64,000 nucleotides of DNA, from assembly GCA_965207455.1 (NCBI GenBank), contig CBDBMJ010000003.1, forward strand, positions 416,001 through 480,000. Direction: 5' to 3'. Position 1 is the first letter of the stretch, and every line of letters begins with the position of its first letter. The position numbers and the translations under genes are program-made. A model generated the notes under the pieces. It saw only the letters and a program-made list of their open reading frames with translations. It was not told where the DNA came from and did no database searches. This document shows, piece after piece, positions 41,003 through 49,867 of the stretch. Source of the DNA: Bdellovibrionota bacterium (GTDB taxonomy: Bacteria > Bdellovibrionota > UBA1018 > CAIPTA01 > JAALKR01).

Positions 41003-41078
41003 TGATTTTTTTCTTTTAATTACCTCACTCCAATCAGCTATAGAAACTCACGGGATCGACTGGAAACTCTTTCAACAC

Positions 41079-41095
41079 TCTCTATTTTTTAGTCA
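41079..41095. promoter_or_regulatory. 17-bp candidate enhancer box (reverse complement TGACTAAAAAATAGAGA)
   Basis: 15/17 identical to the box at 21423-21439; ~90-105 bp upstream of the sigma54 promoter at 41184. Confidence 0.5.
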
Positions 41096-41183
41096 GTTCA
41101 GAAGCCCCCTCCTGTGTGGGTTTTGCATATGCAGGTCCCGAGATTAATGTGTAAATAACTGAAAATACCTTTATTGGTGTATT

Positions 41184-41200
41184 TTGGCACATCCCTTGCA
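41184..41200 (+). promoter_or_regulatory. sigma54 promoter
   Basis: TTGGCAC-ATCCC-TTGCA, essentially consensus. Confidence 0.8.
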
Positions 41201-41251
41201 TTAACAAATACATATGACAATTAAACTTAAAATTAGAAAGGAAATATACTA

Positions 41252-41350
41252 ATGACCCTAGCACTGGCACTTGCCATAACCCTATCAACAACTGAATACT
41301 CATACGCAGTTGATAATGCTTGTCCTGTGATTGTCGGCGATGCGGCTTAG
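41252..41350 (+). CDS. Unannotated 32-aa ORF MTLALALAITLSTTEYSYAVDNACPVIVGDAA (signal-peptide-like)
   Basis: Downstream of consensus sigma54 promoter, AAGGAAA RBS 7 nt before ATG; below the ORF-track size cutoff. Confidence 0.45.
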   Translation: MTLALALAITLSTTEYSYAVDNACPVIVGDAA

Positions 41351-41404
41351 CTTGCTCTAAATATTTATGGACTTATTAATATCAAACTTTTTGTGTCCAA
41401 AGAT

Positions 41405-42397
41405 TTATTTCTGCGATCGTGGTTGATGAATTCCATGGAGTACGAGCTTTTGATGGAGGTGGGAGCGGTCTACCTTTAAGTTGCGAGCCATGGAACTAAT
41501 ATTACCTAGAGATTTCTCATAGGCTTGTCGTAGGTACTTCTCCTCCATTTTGTTTTTTTCTTGGCGCATTTCTTTTATACTCGGAGTTTGGACTGCAAGG
41601 GAATCTAAGTGTAATGGATTAGAACATAGGGAGGATGGTGAGAGTAGTTTTTTATATACGGATTCTGGAATATCTTCTAAGCAAATAGGATTCTCTCCCG
41701 GTGAAAATACACTCATGCTTTCCAGCATGTTTCTTAATTCCCTAACATTTCCCGGCCAGGAGTATTGTTTCAATAGATATACTATATCTTCGCGAACTTG
41801 CCTGTGGGGCAGTATCGCTTTTATGAGTGCTTCCATGTCTCCCATCCTACTCCGAAGAGCAGGTACGTTTATGGTAAACCCATTAATACGAAAGAACAGA
41901 TCCATGGAAAAAATTCCTTGGTTTACTAAAGATTCAAGGGATACGTTGCTGGCGGAGAGAAGATGAAAATTTACAGGAACGGTTCTTTTACTTCCCAGGG
42001 GACGCACCTCCTTTGTTTCCAGTGCGCGAAGAAATTGTTTTTGTATATGCATGGGAAGGCTGGCTAGCTCATCTAAAAAAAGAGTTCCCCCTGAGGCCTG
42101 TTCCAACATACCGGGGAATCGCTGATCCGCTCCTGTAAATGCGCCTCGCTCATGACCAAAGAGAAAACTCTCAGTTAAATTGCTGGGAATACTGGCACAA
42201 TTAATAGCAATGAAAGGAGCGTTTCCATTTCCTTGGGCATGGATATTCTGAGCCACGAGTTCTTTTCCAGATCCCGTTTCTCCTTCAATCAGCACGGATA
42301 GCTTGCTACTACCCAGCCGTTGGATTTGCTTTTTTAACGCTATTATAGAAGGTGCGTTTCCAATAATAGTATATTTCTTTTGCTTTGTTATATTCAT
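41405..42397 (-). CDS. sigma54-dependent activator (AAA+ plus Fis-type HTH), no N-terminal sensory domain
   Basis: [55 protein letters not shown]. Confidence 0.92.
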   Translation of the reverse strand: MNITKQKKYTIIGNAPSIIALKKQIQRLGSSKLSVLIEGETGSGKELVAQNIHAQGNGNAPFIAINCASIPSNLTESFLFGHERGAFTGADQRFPGMLEQASGGTLFLDELASLPMHIQKQFLRALETKEVRPLGSKRTVPVNFHLLSASNVSLESLVNQGIFSMDLFFRINGFTINVPALRSRMGDMEALIKAILPHRQVREDIVYLLKQYSWPGNVRELRNMLESMSVFSPGENPICLEDIPESVYKKLLSPSSLCSNPLHLDSLAVQTPSIKEMRQEKNKMEEKYLRQAYEKSLGNISSMARNLKVDRSHLHQKLVLHGIHQPRSQK

Positions 42398-42550
42398 GTG
42401 TAATGGGACTATAACAAAAAACGCCATAATTTTCGACCCAATGCGAAAAATAAATTTTACAAAAGTTTTGTTTTTCGTTGTGTTGCGGGAAAGCCACAAC
42501 AACGGAGAGAAAAAATAAATAGAAAGTATTAAATATTAAACACTTAGAGG

Positions 42551-42566
42551 TGGCATTCTTTTTGCA
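42551..42566 (+). promoter_or_regulatory. sigma54 promoter of the second activator gene
   Basis: TGGCAT-TCTTT-TTGCA, then AGGAAGGA RBS and ATG at 42592. Confidence 0.7.
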
Positions 42567-42591
42567 GTATGTAGAAAGGAAGGAAGAAAAT

Positions 42592-43560
42592 ATGTATAGC
42601 AGCGTATACAGCACATTGAAAAGCATTTCTCAAACCGATTGCACCATCTTGCTTTCTGGAGAAACGGGAACGGGCAAAACCCACCTAGCTGAAGAAATTC
42701 ATCGAAATAGCCCTAGGAGAAATAAGCGTTTTGTTGCTATCAACTTAGCCACTCTCAATGAAAATCTAATGGAAAGTGAATTATTTGGACATGAGAGGGG
42801 AGCGTTCTCAGGTGCGTCCCACAGGCGTATGGGTAAGTTAGAGTTTGCCCAAGGAGGGACGGTTTTACTGGACGAAATTGGTGAATTGCCTTTAACCATG
42901 CAGGCCCGTCTTTTAGAAATACTAAGTAGCAAGACCGCTTGTCCTGTTGGTTCCAATCATTCCATCAATTTGGATATTCGTTTTATCGTTGCGACGAATA
43001 GAAAATTACCTGAGATGGTGCGCTTAAAAGAGTTCCGTGAGGATTTATTCTATAGAATTAATATCTTTGAATACAAGCTGGTGTCACTAGTTGAAAAAAA
43101 GGAAGAAATTCCTGAACTTATGAAAAAATTTATTGGTGAAAGAACCACGGAACCCATCACGCTTATGGATTGCTTTTTATCTAAAATAAATGCACACTCA
43201 TGGCCGGGAAATATTAGAGAATTGAAAAATGTTCTGGAGTATTCCCTAGCGGTACGGAAAGAAAACACATTATTTGCTAGCGATCTTCCTGCCTATTTCA
43301 TGGAAAGCACAGAACCCGATAGAAACTCTGTGAGTTTAGATACCTCATGCCTGCCCACAGACTTTTACACGGCAAAAGCTTCTTTTGAAAAGCTCTATAT
43401 AAAAGCCATGCTCAAGCAGTTTAATGGGAAAATTAATCAGACTGCGCGGGAAATCCAATTATCAAAAGTAACGCTTCTGTGTAAAATACGAAAATACGAT
43501 ATCAACCCGGAGTTCTACCGCGGGCATCAGGTTCCCCAGACTACCAGCAAAAGGGGGTAA
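42592..43560 (+). CDS. sigma54-dependent activator (AAA+ plus HTH), no sensory domain, GAFSGA variant
   Basis: [58 protein letters not shown]. Confidence 0.92.
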   Translation: MYSSVYSTLKSISQTDCTILLSGETGTGKTHLAEEIHRNSPRRNKRFVAINLATLNENLMESELFGHERGAFSGASHRRMGKLEFAQGGTVLLDEIGELPLTMQARLLEILSSKTACPVGSNHSINLDIRFIVATNRKLPEMVRLKEFREDLFYRINIFEYKLVSLVEKKEEIPELMKKFIGERTTEPITLMDCFLSKINAHSWPGNIRELKNVLEYSLAVRKENTLFASDLPAYFMESTEPDRNSVSLDTSCLPTDFYTAKASFEKLYIKAMLKQFNGKINQTAREIQLSKVTLLCKIRKYDINPEFYRGHQVPQTTSKRG

Positions 43561-43807
43561 AGGGGTTTTTTCATTTTTTTTTAGGAAGCTGTAATTTAAT
43601 TATTAAAAAAAATTAATTCTTTTGAGTTTTATCACTGAAAATTACCATGTAAACAAGGCTTAAAGCGTTTAAAAAGTGAAATAATATCCGGTTTTATCGG
43701 TCCAACTGTACAAGGTGTTGAAAACACTAGTATTGAAAAAACTAAAGGAAAGCACTCTTACAGCCGAAGGGAGATACAAGTGCAGAATAACTTTTGAGGA
43801 TAATATA

Positions 43808-46243
43808 GTGTTAACAAATTACGAAGGTGAGCAAATAGAGATAGCAGATAACCTACCCATGCTTCCAGTACGAGACATTGTTGTGTTTCCTTTCATGATA
43901 CTCCCACTATTCGTAGGTAGAGAGAGTTCCATAAAGGCGGTTGAAGAGGCATTGGCTTCCAAAGACAGGCTTATATTTTTGTCTTCTCAGAAGGATACAA
44001 AAGATGAGTTTCCGCAGCCGGGGAATATCTATACTACAGGTACTGTGGCTATTATCATGCGTATGAGAAAACTTCCAGATGGTAGAGTGAAGGTGCTTGC
44101 CCAAGGCATAACAAAGGCAAAAATTAAAGAGTTTAGCCAAACCGAACCGTTCTTGGAAGTATCCATTGAAAAGTCTGTAATTAAGGAAATTACTAGTGAG
44201 GAAATGGTAGAAGCCGAAGCAATTATGCGTAATGTGCGAGAGAATTTGGAGAAAATTATCTCCCTTGGCAAAATGCTTTCACCCGACATTTTAATGGTTT
44301 TAGATGATATCAAAGATCCGGGGCGATTAGCTGATCTTGTTTCCTCCAACCTTGGACTAAAAATAGAAGAAGCTCAGGCGCTATTGGAAAAAGAAGATGC
44401 ATTGGAACGAATTAGAAGCGTGAACGATATTTTAGTAAGAGAGATGGAAGTGCTTTCCATACAAGCTAAAATTCGATGCCAGGCTAAAGATGAAATGAGT
44501 AAATCCCAGAAAGAGTATTTCTTAAGAGAGCAGATTCGGGCAATAAAAACAGAGCTAGGGGATGAAGAGGGTAAGCAAGGAGAGTTTGAAGAACTTCGTC
44601 AGAAAACCTTAGCATGTAAAATGAGTCAAGAGGCAGAGCAAGAGACATTAAAGCAACTTTCTCGCCTGGAGCGTATGCACCCTGATTCCTCGGAAGCCTC
44701 CATTATTAGAACCTATTTGGAATGGATGGTGGATTTACCTTGGAGTAAAAGCACAGAAGATAATTTAGATCTAAAGCACGCTAAAGAGATATTGGATGAA
44801 GATCATTTTGATTTAGAAAAAATTAAAGAGCGTTGTTTAGAGTACTTAGCTGTTCGAAAGCTTAATAAGAACATGAAGGGACCAATACTTTGTTTTGTGG
44901 GCCCACCGGGTGTAGGAAAAACCAGCTTAGGGAAATCTATTGCTCGTGCACTGGATAGAAAATTCTATCGAATTTCTTTAGGTGGTGTAAAGGATGAAGC
45001 TGAAATTCGAGGCCATAGAAGAACCTATGTGGGAGCGTTGCCGGGAAAAATTATCCAAGGCTTGAAATTAACAAAAGTAAATAATCCTGTTTTCATGTTG
45101 GATGAAGTGGATAAATTGGGCCGTGATTTCCATGGAGATCCATCGAGCGCTCTCCTTGAGGTGCTGGATCCCGAACAAAACGTATCATTTCGTGATCATT
45201 ATCTTAATCTTCCTTTTGATCTTTCTAATATTATTTTTCTAGCAACGGCAAACGTTATGGAAACAATGTCTTCTGCTCTAAGAGATAGAATGGAAATAAT
45301 TCATCTTTCGGGATATACGGAAGAAGATAAATTAAAAATTGCACACCAGTATTTAGTGCCAAAACAAATGAAAGAAAATGGCATAACAGACAAACATATA
45401 AAATTTAAAGACAGTGGCATTAGGAATCTCATTGAATCTCACACTAAGGAGGCGGGCTTACGAGAACTGGAACGGGTTATTGGTAGTATGTGCCGTAAGG
45501 TGGCTCGATTGGTTGCGGACAATCTAGAGGGCAAATTAAGCGTAGTAACTCCAGAACTTATCAACAAGCAACTGGGTCCTCCAATATATTCTAGGGAAGA
45601 TCTCCAGGAAAGCGATTCCATTGGCATAGCCACGGGCCTTGCTTGGACACAGTTTGGTGGTGAAATTCTTTATGTGGAGTCTTGCTTAAGTAAGGGCAAG
45701 AGTGGTATTACTCTCACAGGACAGATGGGAGATGTTATGAAAGAAAGCGCGCATGCTGCTCTTGGCTTTATTCGCAGCCATGCCAAGGAGTTGGGGATTG
45801 ATCAAGAAGTATTCTCTGAAAATGAAATACATCTCCATATTCCAGCGGGCGCCATACCGAAAGATGGTCCTTCGGCAGGTATTTCCATGGCCACAGCCAT
45901 GGTTTCTTCCATCAATGGAATACCTATTCGAAGAGATATAGCCATGACAGGAGAAATTACCTTAACCGGGAGAGTGCTCCCCATCGGAGGTTTGAAGGAA
46001 AAATCACTCGCAGCCATGCGTATGGGCATTCACAATATTATCATACCAGCAAGGAACGAAAGGGATCTGGAGGACATACCTGCCGAGTACCGGGACAAAC
46101 TTAACTTTATCCCTGTGAGGCATATTTCAGATGTTTTCTCCCAAGCTTTTACAAAAGAATTTTCTCCTAAGACAGGGAAAAGTTCAGCAAAAAGAAAAAC
46201 AAAGCTGGACAAGAGAAGAAGGCCAGCTAAGGATGTTGCGTAA
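43808..46243 (+). CDS. lon: ATP-dependent protease Lon
   Basis: [47 protein letters not shown] start after GAGGA. Confidence 0.98.
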   Translation: MLTNYEGEQIEIADNLPMLPVRDIVVFPFMILPLFVGRESSIKAVEEALASKDRLIFLSSQKDTKDEFPQPGNIYTTGTVAIIMRMRKLPDGRVKVLAQGITKAKIKEFSQTEPFLEVSIEKSVIKEITSEEMVEAEAIMRNVRENLEKIISLGKMLSPDILMVLDDIKDPGRLADLVSSNLGLKIEEAQALLEKEDALERIRSVNDILVREMEVLSIQAKIRCQAKDEMSKSQKEYFLREQIRAIKTELGDEEGKQGEFEELRQKTLACKMSQEAEQETLKQLSRLERMHPDSSEASIIRTYLEWMVDLPWSKSTEDNLDLKHAKEILDEDHFDLEKIKERCLEYLAVRKLNKNMKGPILCFVGPPGVGKTSLGKSIARALDRKFYRISLGGVKDEAEIRGHRRTYVGALPGKIIQGLKLTKVNNPVFMLDEVDKLGRDFHGDPSSALLEVLDPEQNVSFRDHYLNLPFDLSNIIFLATANVMETMSSALRDRMEIIHLSGYTEEDKLKIAHQYLVPKQMKENGITDKHIKFKDSGIRNLIESHTKEAGLRELERVIGSMCRKVARLVADNLEGKLSVVTPELINKQLGPPIYSREDLQESDSIGIATGLAWTQFGGEILYVESCLSKGKSGITLTGQMGDVMKESAHAALGFIRSHAKELGIDQEVFSENEIHLHIPAGAIPKDGPSAGISMATAMVSSINGIPIRRDIAMTGEITLTGRVLPIGGLKEKSLAAMRMGIHNIIIPARNERDLEDIPAEYRDKLNFIPVRHISDVFSQAFTKEFSPKTGKSSAKRKTKLDKRRRPAKDVA

Positions 46244-46257
46244 GAAATAGGTAAAAA

Positions 46258-47262
46258 ATGGAACAATTCCCCACTTTAGGGATTTTAGCTTTACTTATCT
46301 TTTCCGGTTTTTTTTCTGCAACAGAAACATCCATCCTAAGTCTAAGCAGCTCAAATCTCAAAGAATTAAAAGAAAAATGGCAGGCTTCGTTTCAGCGTAT
46401 TCGCCACCTGCTGGAGCGCCCCAGTTCTCTTGTGGCTACTATTATGATTGGGAACGAATCGGCCAATGTGATGTTGTCCAATGTCCTTGCGGATTATTAT
46501 AATATTCACTTCCAATCTTGGGGCACTATTGTGGCTCTGAACTTGCTCACAGCCGTGCCTTTGATTATTTTATTTGGAGAAATTACCCCTAGAGTATTTG
46601 CTGCTCAAGCAAATGTGACTACAATTAGAAAGGTCATTCCATTCGTTTGGGTTTTCTATAAAATTACATTTCCGTTGCGATTTATATTGGAATTATTTAT
46701 GAGTATTTTTACGAAAATTTTCAAAGTAAAGAAATATACGATCCCTAATGTAAATGAAGATGATTTTCTGAGTATTGTGGAGGAAAGTAAAAGTAAGGGC
46801 GCTATACATGAGTCAGAAAAAGAGTTGATCGAGAATGTTTTTGAGTTCGATGATGATAAGATATCTGATATATCGATACCCATAAAAGATTTCCCAACAG
46901 TTCATAAAGATACCTATATATCCGCAATATTGAAAGACATCACTCCAGAATTTGCCCCTCGAGTGCCCGTTATTGGTGATTTCCCCAATGAGATTGTTGG
47001 CGTGCTTTACACAAAAGATCTATTGGCTCACAGCCATCGACCGGAAAGCAAAATGAAAGTACGGCATATAATGAAAGAGCCTGTTTTTGTGGAACCCCAG
47101 ACTCCAGTGGAAAGTATATTTAAACGCTTACGTCAACTTCGTGTGCATATAGCTTTTGTACAGGAAGAGGACAATACGGTTTCTGGTGTAATCACTATGA
47201 ATCAGATATTAGAACAAATATTTGGCGATTTTTTAGAGGAGGGTCATAAAAATCATGAGTAG
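46258..47262 (+). CDS. CNNM/DUF21-CBS (hemolysin/CorC-family) membrane protein
   Basis: SGFFSATETS, IGN..AN, LFGEITPR, ENVFEF, CBS pair. Confidence 0.88.
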   Translation: MEQFPTLGILALLIFSGFFSATETSILSLSSSNLKELKEKWQASFQRIRHLLERPSSLVATIMIGNESANVMLSNVLADYYNIHFQSWGTIVALNLLTAVPLIILFGEITPRVFAAQANVTTIRKVIPFVWVFYKITFPLRFILELFMSIFTKIFKVKKYTIPNVNEDDFLSIVEESKSKGAIHESEKELIENVFEFDDDKISDISIPIKDFPTVHKDTYISAILKDITPEFAPRVPVIGDFPNEIVGVLYTKDLLAHSHRPESKMKVRHIMKEPVFVEPQTPVESIFKRLRQLRVHIAFVQEEDNTVSGVITMNQILEQIFGDFLEEGHKNHE

Positions 47263-48508
47263 TTTTTTATTATTCTTTAGCAATAATGCGCTCATCTTCC
47301 TTGCTTTGATCTTTCTCGTAAGCGCTGCCTTTTTTACTTCATCGGAGGTGGCTTTGATTAGCGCTAGTCGCAGTCGATTAAAAAAATTAAGAAAAGAGGG
47401 TAATGCTGGTGCCTCCATAGCGCTTATTTTGCTGGATAATGTGGAGTCCTTACTCATAACCACACAATTTGGCACGAATCTATCCATCGCGAGTGCCACC
47501 ACTGTGCTCACCCTTTATAGCATTATTCACATAGGTAGTTCTGGGGAATGGTATGTGGTGGCTATTATTACACCGTTCGTTCTACTATTCTGTGATAGCC
47601 TTCCCAAAATTCTTGCCCGTAGTTACCCTGAGGAAATTGGATTGCGATTCGCCTACCCGTTGTTTTTTATCCGTGGATTTCTTAAGCCCATAACCGGTGT
47701 GCTTTCCTTCTATACCAAAAGAATTTCCCGTCTCGCTGGAGGTCAAGAGGATAGCCTTACTCTTCGTAGAAAAACCCGGGAGCAACTTAACACTCTCCTA
47801 AGCGGAAGCGAAGGAGAGATGAAATTAACACAAAAAAGAATGGTTCGTAATATTTTGGAATTTTCTCAACAGTCGGTTCGGAATGCAATGCTTCCGCTGG
47901 TAAAGGTGGATGCTATTGAAAGTGAGGCTTCCATAAAAGAGGCCATCGAATTGTTTGAGAATTTGCGCCACTCTCGCATACCTATTTATAGTAATCGAAT
48001 AGATAATATTGTGGGAATTTTAAATTTTATGGATTTATTTAACCAATGCGACTTAGATGACAACGTTACAGATCATATGAGTAGCTGTATCTATGCTCCA
48101 GAACACCAGCGCTTGGAAGCACTGCTGATGAGCATGGAAGAAAAACAAGAATCCATGGCCATTGTGGTGGATGAATATGGAGGTGCTGTTGGTATTATTA
48201 CCAAAGAAGATGTGCTCGAAGAGGTTGTGGGCAATCTTTCCGATGAGTTTGATGAAAACACATTATTTTTCCATCAAATTTCAGAAAACACATTTCTAGT
48301 AAATGTAAATATTGAAATATCTAACTTCAATGAACGCATGGGTGATGAGATTCCCAAAGGCGATTATGAAACCTTATCCGGTTTTCTACTGCAACAGTTT
48401 AACTGCATCCCCAGCCTTGGTTCTGAACTCCACTATGGTAATTTAAAGTTTAAAGTGTACCGGGCCACCTCTAGGGCGGTACAATTTGTTATTGTTTCCA
48501 AGCGATAA
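47255..48508 (+). CDS. CNNM/DUF21-CBS-CorC protein
   Basis: SAAFFTSSEVAL, HSRIPIY, AIVVDEYGG..GIIT.EDVLEEVVG, YETLSGF CorC domain. Confidence 0.9.
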   Translation: MSSFLLFFSNNALIFLALIFLVSAAFFTSSEVALISASRSRLKKLRKEGNAGASIALILLDNVESLLITTQFGTNLSIASATTVLTLYSIIHIGSSGEWYVVAIITPFVLLFCDSLPKILARSYPEEIGLRFAYPLFFIRGFLKPITGVLSFYTKRISRLAGGQEDSLTLRRKTREQLNTLLSGSEGEMKLTQKRMVRNILEFSQQSVRNAMLPLVKVDAIESEASIKEAIELFENLRHSRIPIYSNRIDNIVGILNFMDLFNQCDLDDNVTDHMSSCIYAPEHQRLEALLMSMEEKQESMAIVVDEYGGAVGIITKEDVLEEVVGNLSDEFDENTLFFHQISENTFLVNVNIEISNFNERMGDEIPKGDYETLSGFLLQQFNCIPSLGSELHYGNLKFKVYRATSRAVQFVIVSKR

Positions 48509-48526
48509 GGCTCCTACAATAGCTTT

Positions 48527-48907
48527 ATGGCTAACCCATCGAATAGTGCGCTATTGGTTACCCGGAGTGCGTACTACCGAAAGCATTTAAAGAATCTCCT
48601 AGAGACATTAAAAATTCAGGTCTTAGCAGAAGCCATGGATGGTGCCCGCGCCTACCTATACTACCAATTCCATAAACCAGCCTTGGTGGTGATTGATGTT
48701 CTGCTGAAGGAAAAATCGGGGCTACTGCTAGCTAAGGCCATTATTGCTAAAAATGCTGAAGCCCGGATACTCCTAGTCTCTTCTCTGGATACAAGAAAAA
48801 TACGGGAGGAGGCGTTGTTTTCTGGTGCTAGCGACTTGCTCATCAAGCCCTTTTCTGATACAGAGTTTATGAGTAGTGTACAATACCTAATAGGGGATGG
48901 AAAATGA
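48527..48907 (+). CDS. Single-domain response regulator (atypical acidic pocket)
   Basis: EA.DG, P.LVVID, SG, VSS, GA...L.KPF; first DD pair replaced by TRS. Confidence 0.8.
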   Translation: MANPSNSALLVTRSAYYRKHLKNLLETLKIQVLAEAMDGARAYLYYQFHKPALVVIDVLLKEKSGLLLAKAIIAKNAEARILLVSSLDTRKIREEALFSGASDLLIKPFSDTEFMSSVQYLIGDGK

Positions 48908-49149
48908 TCGTAATACGTCTATTGAGATTGATTAAAACTATTTGTTTTGTTGCTATTGTAGCACTGGCCACGGTTTATATTAGTCGCCAGGAATGGCGAG
49001 GGAAAACTATTGGGGAGCACGTAGTGGAGCAGGTAGAGGACTCTCCACTGCAAGAGATCTATGAGAAGGTCCGCAAGGAACTTTCAGAGAAGTATATGAA
49101 AACCCGGGATCGGGTAAATAATTGGATAGCGGAATTCGGTAAATCCTAG
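48904..49149 (+). CDS. Small membrane protein
   Basis: ATGA overlap with upstream gene; single N-terminal TM. Confidence 0.6.
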   Translation: MIVIRLLRLIKTICFVAIVALATVYISRQEWRGKTIGEHVVEQVEDSPLQEIYEKVRKELSEKYMKTRDRVNNWIAEFGKS

Positions 49150-49158
49150 ATCTACCTA

Positions 49159-49389
49159 TTAATAGCCAGGCTTGCCAAGATTACCACTTCCTGCATTCTT
49201 CTTGATTGCTAGTAGAATTTTGCCAGCATCGCCTAGGTTACAAACCACACCACAGGTGCCACTCTGCTGGCAGGCCCTATTTACGGAACTCATGCTTTGC
49301 ATGCCCAAAGGGTCACTTGCAAATACATTTGCACTGGGAGCCAATATCGCTAATCCTATTGCTATTGCTATTAGACTTTGTTTCTTCAT
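49159..49389 (-). CDS. Small secreted Cys-containing protein (76 aa)
   Basis: AAGGAG RBS, signal peptide MKKQSLIAIAIGLAILAPSANVFA, C-x5-C-x3-C; own sigma54 promoter. Confidence 0.75.
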   Translation of the reverse strand: MKKQSLIAIAIGLAILAPSANVFASDPLGMQSMSSVNRACQQSGTCGVVCNLGDAGKILLAIKKNAGSGNLGKPGY

Positions 49390-49420
49390 GTCGTATTTCT
49401 CCTTTCTATATAATATCTAA

Positions 49421-49437
49421 TGCAAGTATCTTGCCAA
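49421..49437 (-). promoter_or_regulatory. sigma54 promoter of the 76-aa gene
   Basis: Minus strand TTGGCAA-GATAC-TTGCA. Confidence 0.7.
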
Positions 49438-49603
49438 CAGGGGGGAAATAAAGAATTTCCTTTTATTTCAACTACTTATGATGAATTTGAGCAGAATCTG
49501 CCCATGGCTGATGAGAGGTATTTTGTCTATTTTGTTTACAGGTGTAAAAAAAAGGGACTATTTGCCCCTTTTCGACGCTATTTTAGCAGAATGGCAAGCT
49601 CTA

Positions 49604-49825
49604 TTATTGGCCTGTCCCGCTCTCCTCTTGTTTTTTATTCATGATTTCTCGCATTTTCTTGTTAATGGTTTCCTGAGTACAGTGCGCAGCGTGGCTGCCC
49701 TCTTCGCAGCAAGCAGCAATTAACGCTTCCAGATCCAGTTGACCAATATCCTGCGCTGCTGCCACGTTCAGTGCAGATGGGGTAGCGGTAAACATAAGTA
49801 CAGAAACAATAAATATTTTTAACAT
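49604..49825 (-). CDS. Small secreted protein (73 aa), positional analogue of Bdellovibrio hit/Bd0108
   Basis: AGGAGG RBS, signal-like N-terminus, CCEEGSHAAHC; directly downstream of the RHS/YD gene. Confidence 0.7.
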   Translation of the reverse strand: MLKIFIVSVLMFTATPSALNVAAAQDIGQLDLEALIAACCEEGSHAAHCTQETINKKMREIMNKKQEESGTGQ

Positions 49826-49867
49826 AACTAAGAACCTCCTATTATAAACTCTAGCCCACTCATACTT

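Noticed and set aside
41082..41303. 73-aa minus-strand ORF from the track
   Set aside because: No RBS or recognisable motif; it runs antisense across the sigma54 promoter, enhancer box and 32-aa ORF, which explain the region better.
43743..43770. TAAA-N16-GCCGAAGG possible sigma28 promoter for lon (a similar weak match lies at 485-512)
   Set aside because: Spacer one base off and -10 imperfect; not strong enough to call.
49420..49723. Plus-strand ORFs of 74 and 81 aa
   Set aside because: Antisense to the regulatory region and the 73-aa gene; no RBS or signal features.
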